Below, piece after piece: positions 1 through 12,700 of a DNA stretch of 33,244 nt (positions are counted from its first letter, which is position 1; each line of letters opens with the position of its first letter). Source of the DNA: Catajapyx aquilonaris (lineage: Eukaryota); contig KZ539108.1 of assembly GCA_000934665.2 (NCBI GenBank), positions 1 to 33,244 of the forward strand, written 5' to 3'. The notes beneath the pieces are model-generated. The model saw only the letters and a list, made by a program, of their open reading frames with translations. It was not told the DNA's origin and did not search any database. The position numbers were made by a program, and so were the translations under genes.

Positions 1-324
1 GTAATAGGTAGCATGCCGCCCACGGAAACCCCCTTCAAAATTGGCGCAAACCCACGACCCGACACCCGTGCGGCCCAAATATGGCGTGGACCAAAGATGG
101 CTGAGATGTCAGGCATTTTCTGCCAGGTCCCGATTGGCGGCGCGCGCGGAGGGAGCGGACTGGCCCGGGCGGGCAGCTCTTTTGCGCCAGATTCGAATTT
201 CCGAACTTTGACGGCTCGCCGTGGCCTTACCGTTCGTCTCTCAGGAAAACTGCTTATACCCTCGGAATCAGGATTTTTTGCCCGATTTTTAGAATTCAAC
301 TTGTATTTTGAGTGGAGTGTCCCT
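1..324. mobile_element. Right end of a TTAA-flanked non-autonomous DNA transposon (Kolobok/T2-MITE-like), truncated by the window edge
   Basis: Ends ...CAACTTGTATTTTGAGTGGAGTGTCCCT followed by TTAA (325-328). 222-324 is nearly identical to 29790-29892, the right end of the complete MITE at 29467-29892. Confidence 0.85.
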
Positions 325-559
325 TTAAGGTGTGCCAAATTATGACAGTTATCCAGGGTAGACCTCATCTTGATTACTCCCCATGAAAGACCTGTTGTTG
401 TTTTTTACAGTACTAGGCAAGTGTTAAAAATACAATAACCCTATCATTATCATGTTGTAAACATATTATCAAAAGCAAAACTTTTAATCCAAATAGGAGT
501 CAACTAGTTCATAAACAGCCACTTCCCCCGCAAACTTAGTCCTAACACCACTTTACTTA

Positions 560-1100
560 GCCACAAAATCCTGTCACTATCCTGTCCAAATACCCCTTAA
601 AGCAATGCACCAACCTCAGAGAGCCACGGTCAAGATATTTAAGCAACTAGCGGGGTTTCTAATAAGTACAATGATCCAGCCAGATGACAGATGGACAAAA
701 AAATAGCATTAAAATGGGCACTAGATTCAGAACTAGAGATTAGATGGATGGAACAGGCGAGGGAATTATTTTGGAGAGGTGGATTTGCTTGGAAAGAATG
801 GCTGAAGGAAGGAGACTACTCAAATACTCAAGCAATAGTTAAAAATATAATAAAATCGACCCAACAACAAGATTTACTAGAAATGCAAGCCTAGTCCAGA
901 TACAGTTATTACATCGACTTAGTCCCAGAAAATGGTCTAGCACAGTACTTTCTGTATTCGCTTCCCCTATACCAATGGTACGACTACTTAGTAACCTCAG
1001 AAGACAGCTAGAGACGACATGCACCTTATGCAATTATGACGAGGATTGGTCAATATACCATATAATATAATTATGAATGTCCCTTTTTTAAATCAATAAG
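560..1100 (+). pseudogene. Decayed non-LTR retrotransposon (LINE) ORF2 C-terminal fragment, probably CR1/L2 group
   Basis: With frameshifts and stops it reads ...MIQPDDRWTKKIALKWALD...WMEQARELFWRGGFAWKEW... and ends in a CCHC knuckle CTLCNYDEDWSIYHII(Y)ECPFFKSIR (~1020-1100). This is typical of LINE ORF2 C-termini. Includes ORF 691-894. The 5' boundary is approximate. Confidence 0.6.
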
Positions 1101-1150
1101 GATGACCAACTTAATACAAATCCCCACAAGGTAGGCCTACCAAAGGAACC

Positions 1151-1350
1151 CCCGCGAGCATAAAGATGGAGACGGCAGGCCCTTTTTTTGACCTTTCTTT
1201 ATCCGACTCAAATTAATAAACTCTTTTTGGACCGAGTTAGCTGCATCAGGCGTGTGTTCGTGTCTTTATGACAGTATATTTGATACCGTAAATTGGCAGA
1301 GTAGCCTGCCGAAGGTGAGAGCCTGCCGTCTCCATCTTTATGCTCGCGGG
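1151..1350. mobile_element. 200-bp MITE-like element with perfect 30-bp terminal inverted repeats
   Basis: 1151-1180 CCCGCGAGCATAAAGATGGAGACGGCAGGC is the exact reverse complement of 1321-1350. No TSD is evident. Confidence 0.7.
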
Positions 1351-2225
1351 TACATACATTATTTGGATCAATGCCACTACAGGCTGTACAAATTCTGTAT
1401 AATTTTTTGGTAGCGATTGTGAAGTATCTTAAGTTTTGCGACATTGTATTGTAATTCAATCACTGCCTGAATCAGTGAAAGTAAGGAAGGCGCGGTTGTA
1501 ATTTTTATGAGTATTGTCATTTGTCAATTAAAAGATTAATGAACTTTTGACTGGTATATTTGAGCTGATTTAATGATAAAGAATGATAATGAAAGATGGG
1601 TTTCAGATGTGTGGACCATTTCAGTGCTCGCCACATTCGCTATTATTTTTCCGTAGATACTCCTCTGTGTCAGTGTCTGTATTTGCTACATTATTGGATT
1701 GTAATATATTATTGTCTGTTAATAAATAGGGGGACTGGATGATGAAGATGGTGTAGGGCCCTCATGGACTGGGTTACCACTGTCCCTATTAAAGTGTCAG
1801 TCGTCAGGCCAGGTGTATCCCAAAGCCAGTAATTGTGCTGACACCAATGCCTGAGTTGATGCCACTTCATGGAATGTCGGTGACCAGGTTTCCCACATCA
1901 CAGGGTCCTGTCTCCAGTGGCCCAGCTCCATCACTGCCCATTGGTCACCCAGGTACTATTGTAGGAGCAGTTGCATGCACCATCACCAGCCTGGCCTATT
2001 ACAGTTGTTGCTGCCATGTCACCTGCACTGTTAGCTGGACTGCGATGGGTTCGACCCTCACCAACACCACCATCTGCTGCTGCGTTGCTACCTGCATCAT
2101 CGTTGGAGCTTCCTGGTGTTGTTGGTCAAACAACTCCACCCTAATGATGATTACACAAAATGTTGAATACAGAATTTAAGCCATTGCTACAGTATATACA
2201 GTATAGACCACATGATCAGTTTCTA

Positions 2226-4069
2226 CAGAATTTCAAATCTGGCTACAAGAGGAGGAGAAAAACCACTCAGTCAAAACTTGTACGCAGGACAGGGACAGAT
2301 AATTCAGAAAAAATAGGAGTGATGACATTGTCATCGTAGTGGTCAATACCAGCCACTCAGCCAGGAGGACAAGGTGTCCGTCACTTAGATTATTGAGTCC
2401 TGCAATCTGGGATATACCTGTCCTGCAGCAATAACTGCCAAGACCATCGATGGAAAATATTTCGTCCAGTACTTCAGTGGGCATTATGGCCATGTGGACA
2501 ATGGACTTGGACACCTAACTCGGACCACTTCCCAACGTTATGATATTGCAGGTTGGTATTATCAGAAATTAGTAGCTGTATTTTTGTATCCCTGATTGCT
2601 AACTCGAATTAACAATTTGGCAGCAAAATTGGCAGCAGGGGTGGCAGATCGGCGAATAATATACCTCAGTGACATACATCAGACAATCCATGGCGATCTT
2701 GGAAGACTCCATTTGATCAAGCAGAAGGACCTGCACGACATCAGAGCAGAACATGGCATTCCCTTTGTGGTCAACAATGTGAAAAACCATGCCAATGATG
2801 CTGTCAGCGTCGCTACCTGGGTGCAAGACGTGCATTTTCTCGAGGACTAGATAATCCTGTATTCTTCTACAAAGGACAGGGTGAACTGAATGAGGGTCAA
2901 TAAGGTATTGGGGAAGATGATTTTGTGTTAATTATCATGTATCCATTACAAAGAAAAATGGTGGGCAAGTACAGACATGACAGGGTGTGAATTGATTCGA
3001 CACATAGAGTTACTAGATACGACTTTGAACTGACCACCATGATGCTAATAGATGAGCATGAGGAAGGGTTTCCTGCTCCATTTTGCATTATTGCATCAGA
3101 AAAGGAGCTCGACTTAATACAAATATGCACTTGAAGACTTACTATCAGAAATTGAAGCACATGTTACATGCAGGGTAAGAAGTGTAAGCGTGTGGATTAG
3201 TGCATCGCTTTGCTGGATGAATTGCTCCTTGCTAAAGAATTTGATGCCAAAATTAAATTGGAGATAGGGAAGTTAACTTCACAAATTGCAGATTTAAGAC
3301 GAAAACATAAAGAGGGCTCTAAGTTGAAGTGTAGCATGAAGAGTAAGGAAATGGCATGGCAGGTCTCAGAGGAAGGAAGCATTGGTAATATCAAGGTAAT
3401 ATACATGAAGTGAAGGGGAAAAATGCTGATCATTATTTTGTGCAAAGGGCTTTCTTGTCCTATGTTGTGTGATAAGTGTAATGTGTGTATCCATAAGTAT
3501 TTCATGCACCTGGTCTGATAATTTGGTTAAGGGGAACCTGTGCAAGCACATTACTTTGTGTATTTGGCACAAAATCCCACATTGTCCCAAGCATGATTGC
3601 CATTGCAGTAAATGGCACTTGGCAAGAAGAGATAGAATTTCATAAAGAAATTGTGCAAAAGAGGAAAGTGTTGGGCGAGATGGGTAATGCCAGGGAGTCA
3701 GTCAAAAGAAAAGTAGATGTAGTTTGCCACGAGTTGCAAGAAGCAGTATGGAATTAGCAAGAATCAGATGAGTCAGTGGCAAAAGGTGCCATTAATCATA
3801 ATTATGCAGGCAGCAATAGAATGGCTGAAAGTTGGAAGGAAGCCTGTTATTGACTTTAAGCGGCAGGACAGGTCAGCGCAGAATACTAAAATGGAACTGC
3901 AAAAAAAAAAAAAAAAAAAAAAACANAAAAAAAAAAAAAAAAAAAAAACTGTCAAACGGAAAAGGGCCTTTTTAAAAAACCTGACAGTAAGGAGGAAATG
4001 GAGCTGGAGGAAATATTGCAAGGCAAAACACTATTTGTCGTAAATTCAGATCATCAGTATGTATACTGA
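2226..4069 (+). pseudogene. Decayed Mutator-like (MULE/MuDR) transposase with N-terminal zinc-binding domain and SWIM zinc finger
   Basis: Stitched frames read EFQIWLQEEEK...HCHRSGQY...GYTCPAAI...YFSGHYGHVDNGLGHL, LAAKLAAGV...RLHLIKQKDLHDI...HANDAVSVATWV, IDSTHRVTRYDFELTTMMLIDEHEEGFPAPFCI (from 2991; first catalytic D motif), NTNMHL (3116), KRVD*CIALL...GKLTSQIADLRRKH, SWIM-like CDKCNVCIHKY/SCTWSDNLVKGNLCKHI (~3465-3552), and C-terminal ...NSDHQYVY* (TGA 4067-4069). Many stops and frameshifts; two AATAAA follow at ~4100 and ~4113. Confidence 0.85.
3901..3948. repeat. Poly(A) tract containing an ambiguous base, inside the MULE coding remnant
   Basis: About 47-nt A run interrupted by CAN. Confidence 0.9.
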
Positions 4070-7000
4070 CGGTCAAAGTTATGTTGAGCTGAATTTACCA
4101 ATAAATTCAGCCAATAAATTCAAGTGCTTTGCCTTGCAATATTTCCTCCTTTTTTTACACTCGATGTAACAGTTTCATGTAAATAAGTATCTTTGGTATT
4201 TAAAAAAATAGTCAGATGAATCTTTCTCTTTTACCAACCTCTGCCCCCTTCCCATTCCCAAGAAGCTCGATAGTGTCTGGAGAGTTGTGTTAATAGAACA
4301 TTCCCATTGACATTTTACAACAATATTATTGACTGAACGAAGTGAGGTCTCTCCTTTTCAAGACTAAAATGGCACTTTGGTTTCCCGCGATAAAATGAAA
4401 ACGGTTCAACAGATTACAAGGAAACTTTCGCAAAAAATTTATCATATGTCCATTCCTTGAGTTCGTTTCTAGACACTGTATTCTATATCTAGCGTATATA
4501 CGAGAATATGCCGCCACTTCTCCTGTGGCGCTGGGGAGTGCCCGTCTCTGATTGGCCGGATCGGGGATAGATTCCGCTCTGGCCAGACGCTTGTCTTGGT
4601 TACATTTGATACTATTGTTGCAATATTTTTCAGGGGGGTTACTATTTGCTTCATATTACCAGTAGCAGATGATTACAATTGGTTCCTTTTTCTTGCAATC
4701 TGCCGAGATATGTAAAACCAGTAGTAAAGTAATTTCTACAGATAGTATAATAACAATAACTTCATGTGGTCTTTCTTGGCAGCCTAGCATTTAATTAGTG
4801 AATAACTGTCATCCAGAATTAACTTAGTACGTTTCTAAAATGTGGAAGATACAGGCACATTCTGCCATGCCAATGATGACAATGGACTCTATAAAGTCTA
4901 AGTGACATCACCAGAGGCCTGAGGAGCCGACTCCGGCCTGTCTGTGAACTGTGATATAAAGATGGGGTAGGAAGGAGTGTTAGGGAGCTGGCCTGTGATA
5001 TCGCAGACAGGTGCTCCGACATTTCATTCAAAGCTGCCCCCGTTAGCAGCGCCACCACTGCAAGAAATGTCAACCTGCCCCCGCTAACAGCCCCACTACG
5101 GAAGAAGTTGTCAAGCTGCTGTCGATAGCAGTTCCACAGCAGTAAGGTGTCACCCAGCTCAAATCCCACGAATTCCCGCACAATTTGAATAATGTTTCAC
5201 TTCCCTAGGTGTACTCGTCAGAAAGTTCTTCGGAAATAAAACTAGGTACCGACTTCTGATACACCATGTGTACAGTTTTAAACTAACATGCAGATTTCAA
5301 GGCTAAAACATTGTGAAATACTGTACAGCAGCTCTCAATATTCTCGTGTTTGTCCATGTAATTAAGGTCTTTTTCATTTTGGGACCTTTGTCGACCCCCT
5401 AAGAAGGACACATGGTCGGTAGTACTTTCCACTGTTTTCTCTTCGGAGGTCTTCCCCGTCCATTGGACCTGTACTGTTCCGACATCTCTCGGCAGCGTTG
5501 CTTTCGATGTAGACGCCCACGAATACAAACAAAGGCACAAATCACCTAGCCCGCCCAACAAGCTCCTTCTCCCCCATTGCTATAGTTATATGTATCCCTT
5601 GTTGCTGGAAAGGGGGACTGTAGAGTGCACCCCCACCGCCCCCACTTTCCCCAGATAGATGGCCACGAGCCGGTTTACTTGACAGCCGGCTTCACCATTA
5701 ATTTCCATGCTAATTCCGCACTTTTCTTCCGTAATCACCAGAGATAAATCAATGCCGTCCAACGCCCCCACCAATGATATACAAGCCCTGAGCCCTGAAT
5801 ATTGTCAAGCCCAGGGGTTCTCATGCAGGGTGAAAAGAGAAGAAGGCACTTCGGCCAATTGGATACTCCAGGTCCATCGGGCGAACGACTTGTTGCGGCT
5901 TCATACCAGGCCAGATAGAAGCAAGGTTTTAGTATGATGTTCCGACCTCCCAATAATAACAAATTGATTGGCAAAACTGGGATTGTGTCAATATTGGAGA
6001 GCAGAATTTCGTTCAACTTATGCAAGAGGATTTGTCAAAGGGCTGCCGGAAACAGGGTCGTAGAGTATACTACAGTATATTCAGAGCAATTCCTACTAAG
6101 CGTAAGAGAGTTATCGCTTGCTCTAAGCTATATACAGTGCTGGAATTTAAAAGCCAGTCTGACACGAAAGGGCCTAACCCAGTGTGCATGATACCGCACT
6201 TTTTCTCAGGGCACGTTGGTGAGAGTAAAAAATGTGGCTTCTCACCAAAAAGCCTCCGACTAGTCAAGCTGAAGAGGTAAGAAATCGATTTATTCTTAGG
6301 ATCTCCCCCCTTCCCCCCAAAAATCGAGGATAGTTCAGAGAGAAGATGGGGGTTCCTGCAGAGTCGAACGGGTTTTCCTGGCATGTGAAACAGTTTTCCT
6401 CCGAGTCTAGAGCGCGAAACTCAAAGTCAACGGACAGTATACTGGCATTGAAGGCTTTTGATCACTTGCTTCTCTCACACAAACCTTTTTGCTTACATCA
6501 TCAAAGAAAGCTTTTTTTTCCGCTCTCTTTCCCCCTTACCGCATTTGCGACGTCGTAATTGCCAAACTGCACGGTCTCGACTAGAGAAAAGTTTGCTAGA
6601 CTTCTTACTGCAGTTCATTACTTACCGAGCTGTATAAGTTGCACTCTGAACAACATTCTACAACGTGGCTTTCAAAAGTACGGGGGCAGTATGTGCTTTC
6701 CGGTTTATGAGTTTCTGCACTAAAGCAGTAACACAAAAAGTGAGTAAATATTTGGTGATTGCCTGTGCTGCGGGAATCATCACAAGGCAATTATTGACGG
6801 GAACAAACAGTAGAGGCTATGGTGTCTGTTGAGGGTCCCTAATCACTAGGAACTAATAACTGCAATATTTTTCCTGGATTTTTCATTAATTATTATGCAA
6901 CAACTCATGGGACGATTTTAATGCAAGTCAACATTAGGACTGTCACTACAAAGTAATATTGCGAAGTGTCGTTGTTTGGCGTCCAGATGGTTATTTTGGC

Positions 7001-9568
7001 AACGTACAGTACACGAACTCCTACCTACAGCATAATACTTTTAAACAAACAATCATGACGTGTCCAAAATATAGATACTAGACAAATGATAAATATACTG
7101 TTAAAAGGGTGACACGTACATTTAATAACATACAACGTACAGAAAGCCAAGCTTTCAGCCCATAGAAACAACTACCTAACACTTTTTAAATTCTCTGAAA
7201 CTGTTTTTTTCATAATAGACATCCCCTTAAAAATTTCGACGCATTTCTATGCCACTACCGGCATTACTTGGAAGCCAAAATATTTGAGCATTATGGAAAA
7301 ATCACAATATCCTCTAAAAAGTGGCAGACGCAACTTTCAATATGGGTATATCCTGTCGTTGACACCACTCCGCTTCGATGGCAACAAAAACTGTCAACTT
7401 TATTGGAAGCCGCATAGAGCCTGCAGGGATACCCTGCCAAAACGCGAGTGTGATGCTCCATCCCTGTATCTCATTTCCTTCATACCCGGGTTAAAAACTT
7501 CTTGATCAATAACAACACGTGTCTAACCCGGAATGTCATCGCTGTTAATAATATGAACTTCGCTTCCTATTTTTTATTCGTCTTCCTCGCTCCCCTTCCT
7601 GCTCCAGTCTCTACCTTAGGCTATATGGTATGGATATGAAGCCACTGTATTGCATGATGATAAAAAGACACCAGGCATGCAAAAAGAAACTTTCTTCTCG
7701 CCTTCAGGTATTCCATACCGCATAGGACTGCAAACATATTATTACTCTCCGGGTTGTCTTTGAGTTGCTGGAGAGCTTTGTAATTTAGTTACAGCTACGA
7801 CTCAAGAACTGCTCGTGTGATGTTCGAATACAGTATTTCATCCATATTAACTGCAGGTATATGACACTTGAATTCAACTATCATTTTAAGACTTATTTTT
7901 CGAGCGTATTTTCCATGATGTTATGTACTGTTCCACCTAACTCAAGCCTCTCATGTTCTAATAAACAGAATAAGTGAAATCGATTGCAACATCAACATTT
8001 CATCTTTCTCTGCCGCAAATTACCCATCTTGTTTATGCTATACAGGTTTACCAGTCCTGTTAAATGGTGCCATTCTAGGTGCAGGCAGCGTAATAAATTT
8101 ACTAACAGATTCAGGACGAAACATGTACTCAATTATGAAGCAGCCGTTTTCCTGAAAGACACTCTGGTTTGCCTCTATAAAGGAGTAATGATCAAGCTAA
8201 ATACACCTTTTCGACAAAATCTTCCTTCGTTAAGCCCAAGGAATGTTAACTAGTCTAATCTAATTATCAGACGCAATCAATGAACTCTAGGTGCTGTATA
8301 TATACGGCACAGAAATCGCAGGATGGTATGCCCATTTTTCTCTGTTAGTGTCCTCCTCAGGACCCCCCTCTCGAGCAGACTCTCACAGAAAAGACCCCCT
8401 ACAAAGCTAATGCTGGTCACTGGCTCAGATTGAATTACCTGCTAGGAAAAAGAAGAATCGACGGGGGAGAGGAAAGTACGGTTTGCGAGGACTGCTCCCG
8501 ACCTGCTACTGACATATCAGAGGACGGTCCAGAAACTCCACAAAGGAAAGTAAACAGGTAGTCTGATTACCTCGGGTTGGGAAACTCCCGCTCCGATGAT
8601 TCCTCAATCGAAGAGCCAAACCCTCGGGGGATAGACCCTTTTTTTTTCGGATGGTCGGCAATGGTGCAGATTATTTTTTGGGGATTGTATACTCACTGCC
8701 TAGATGAGTACTATGGCCAGAATGAAAGTGTTGGCTGAAAAGATACCTTCACCACGCTTGAGGAAATTACTAGCACTTCACCCTTCAATTCTAACCTGGC
8801 GAACATGTGTCCACAAGCTCTTAATTTCTCCTGTAACCTACGGTGGCAATGGAATTCAATGTATCTGAATCAAGCACACACCTAGCTGTAGCAGGTTGTA
8901 ACTATTTTGGCAGAAATCATATCCTTTATCACAAATTAATTGTTCCTGATGCGAAGTGTTGGAGGGTCATATACTTATTAATTAAATAATGACAATGTTA
9001 ATTTCTTCGTCACCAAATATTATGGAACCCTGCAATAGGCCTACCGGTTTTTTGTGTCCCTGCATGCTGACGTGTGAGTTGCCCCCCTATAACTCATAAA
9101 TTACAATATTTGCTTGAAAAATATGGTCTCGTTCGCCAAATGAAACCTGTGAAAAACAGACAGCATGTTCTAATTGAGCAATAATATGAAAAGAGGAACA
9201 CTAAAATAATAAATTGTTTCGTCCGAAGGAAATTAGGCCACCTTTCGCAAATTTATTCAATTACCATCCATACATAACAAACATAATGAAAGCACACGAT
9301 GAAGATAATTATTGGCTACTTAATTATTAATACCATTTCTATGTAAAATTTTGTAACGAGTTAACTTTTCCAATATGAAAATTTGATTTGGAATTCTCGA
9401 AACAACTCGCGTTACTGCATATAACTGGGTACCTTACATATAGATGTATGCTATACATGTTACGTCATCTGATATCAGGAATTATAAGGAATATCTGATT
9501 CTGGTAACTTCCTCTTTCTTCTCCCTGAATATATGAGTGCACGTCATTATAATTTTACGAATACTTGA

Positions 9569-9703
9569 GAGCCGGTTGCACCAGATGCTTCAAATTGCTT
9601 ACTTATTAGTGCCATTAAATCTCCCAAAAGCAGGCACTACACCGTCTGTTATGATGAGATTTCCTGGCATTAAGTGACTTCCAACCTCTCGTGCAACCGG
9701 CCT
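9569..9703. mobile_element. PIF/Harbinger-like MITE
   Basis: Inverted termini GAGCCGGTTGCACCAG... and ...CTCGTGCAACCGGCCT share an 11-bp perfect core (GCCGGTTGCAC). Flanks are TGA and TAA, resembling a degenerate 3-bp TWA TSD. Confidence 0.55.
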
Positions 9704-12700
9704 TAAAAACATTAGTGGACAAATAAATTTTGATGATAAACAATTGTTGTAAAAATAACCAAAGAATTGACAGCTGTCCACCTCCCCCNNNNNNNNNNNC
9801 CCCCCCCCCCCGATACACAGGCCACAATCGGATATGCTGTATATAATTAGAGCCTAAATTCGTGCAGGTTCAGTATTTGCGAGTTAAAACTGTTCATCAT
9901 AATTTTCTATCTGTTTGTTAATTTGTTTAGTTTTTGTGCGCAGAAATTGTGCATGAGTATAAAAGCGGCATGGGCACTTGCTTTCATAATTCCGTTCTCT
10001 CCCGTGCAGTGTTGCGAAGGACGCCAATATGTTCATATGGGGAAAAAAAGTCACCAACGGGTAAATCCAAAAACCGACGAAATATGCACGGATAGTTTCA
10101 TCTGGATGATAATACCCACCCAGTTTATGCCGGTCCATGTAATCGGATGATATCCTATCGATATTAAGTTGGTCGGCTTACTCTGCAAAATGAAGTGTAC
10201 TTCCCACATGATGCCTGTCGAATTGGGTTAGTGGGGGGAAAATGAAAAATACCGTGAACGTAAAACTTGGCTGAGTCGTACATACCCCGAACTAAAACAA
10301 TACCAGAATTGGAATCAAGTTTCCGCTAGGATCCCCATATCAGTTTATCCTTGTCACATGGCACGTGCTCCACTCCATGCCTACATCCTATGAAATCGTG
10401 TATTAATTTTCATACACAGACAGAGCAGCGGTTCACTGAGCACCGCACAAACGTCAAGTTGGACGCGCAGGAAAATTAAACGAGCTTTTTCGGCGGTCGG
10501 AATTTCCAGTCCGGCTAAATCACGGGCTAATTCTGCTGCAAGACCTAATTTCCTGCTTTGCCAGAAAAGGTCTTTATACATCTGCCTTTGTACAGAATTT
10601 CCCCCGCGACGCGCACCTTGGTGGTTACACTAGTTACCTACACTTAGGTATACCGTCCGAATTTCCCTTTGGAAAACTTGTGAGCCTCCCACCAAGGAAC
10701 GACTCCAACTCCCTTTGGCGGTCAATCCTAACTCGGCAGGACGTAAATAACTTGTTCACTTCACCGACTCGCTCCTTTCCCCCAGCAATCACTGCGTCAT
10801 AAATTAGTCCGTTGTTGCGCGAAATAACCGCCCACGCTTAGTTAGAGCCAAATTTTGGGGCAAAAGAACCCGCCCTTACCTCCCTAGGAGCCCTTCATCG
10901 TCCCATAGGACACCCCACACACTAAGGTATAGTATGTAGGCGCCTCCTTTTCCGCAGCTTTCTGTCCCATACAGCGTGTACTTGTTCATCAGATGGGGGG
11001 GAGTAAAGGTGTCCGTGCCTGAAGAGTTAATGGCGCCATTATTTCCCCCCAAAACTTCTTTCCTTTACTGATAAGGGCAGCCAGGGAAAGCCGGTGCCTC
11101 CCGTATCTTCTCCGGCAGCACTAATATAAGACCAGGCGCTTGTCTCGGAAAAGTCTCTTGCGCAAGCTGCGAAATTCTTTCAAGTACTCTACAAACTGAT
11201 AATGTGCCTTAATCTCGACCACCGCGCGCATCGGGAGCCCCCAGGAATAAAGGCTGACAATAAATTTTAATGTGCCTTGCAGCTTCTTCCAGCACCACGT
11301 GGGGACCCCTTGGCCAGCTCAACTATAGTTGAGAATAACAGTCGTTTTAGCTTAGGATATCCCAATGTGCCAAAATATGTTCAAGTGTGACTGTGTAGAC
11401 TTGATCGCATCGGACATGTCCATCTTGGATGGAGATAAGGCTCGCGTGCCTGCCTCCTAGATGTGATACAGTAGATGTTGATTGTATACAGAACACGCTC
11501 AAGTGGTTGCAAACAAGTATGAATGAATAAAATATTCTGTTTACCTGCGGATAGAACGCTAGACTTACAGGCCACTAGATGGAAAATCGCTGGGGCAACG
11601 ATTCGAGTAATTTCTCCCCAAATCTAAGATAACAACTGGAGAGCAAACACTTCCGAGCTACAGACAGAAAAAGCTCTTGCTCCTAAAAATTTCTTTGTTG
11701 ATATAACCCCAAAAAAGAGTTCCACTTCCATTATCGTAACCAAAACAATATTGTTCAAGTAACATTAAGTTCCCATTTCGACTCCGACTACAAGCTCTCG
11801 ACAGCAGATTCAACAATCAAAGAGGGTAAAAAACACTCCTTTCCCCTTCCCTTATTCCCTAGCACTCTTGTCCAACCCAAACATGTCGGTTTCATGTAAA
11901 CTCTGTAGCTGAAAATACCGATTAATCAATCGGGCTTCAGGCGGGCAGAAGCCATAACCTGGCTCAATTAGTGATTGAGTGCAACTCAAAGTACTTGTAA
12001 CTGTGGAGATTAAAGCATTGCAAATATGAAAGTCCTAATAAACTTTTGGCTCTCCGAAAGCTTCTTCCTGCCTGGTAATCCGGCGTCGGCCAAGTTTTGC
12101 AAATTGCCTTTCGGATCGCAACGGCGCTGCTTCTCTATAATCTGGTGTTTGAACAAACACCAACCCTCCACAATACACTCGCCGAACGCTTGTAATTTCC
12201 GTCCTGATTATGAGGTTAATTTTCAGCAGGGGAAAAGTGTAAGCGTCGTTCACTACCATTTGGCAGAAAATATTCAAAAATTTACCTAAGGCTTTATTGC
12301 CATGTGTTTGTTTGTCATCAGCAGTGCGATCATAATTATTTTAGTGGTGAACTAACTTGGGTGATGCAATGCTAGAACTATACAAAAAAATAGGATTCGT
12401 GTGAAATGGCTGACATGTAAACATGACGTGTTGCGGGAATGACGTCGTAAATAATACAGCAACCTGCCAATTAAATCACGCTCACACTTACTTTATAATG
12501 CACATAGCACGGGAGCTGTTTGGGTTTGCAAATAATTAGAGCAACTTTATACTACACAGTAGGTTTGGCCATGCCAGTTAAATTGAGCAGGCGAATTGCA
12601 TTATGGTAATTACCCCGAGTAAAAGTTATTATTTTCTAGGCCAAGCCTACAGGACAATACTCATAATTGGTTTCCACTAGGATATTAGCTATCGATTCCC

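Noticed and set aside
4330..4590. Possible right terminus of the MULE element
   Set aside because: It has transposon-end-like motifs (GATTGGCC, ATATGCCGCC), but I found no matching inverted copy on the left side.
9789..9798. N run and single Ns within homopolymers (also 3926, 20577, 22057, 30484)
   Set aside because: Assembly or consensus ambiguity at C/A runs, not a biological feature.
11088..11099. ACTGATAAGGGC resembles the 3' half of miR-184
   Set aside because: The seed/5' half does not match and no hairpin is evident.
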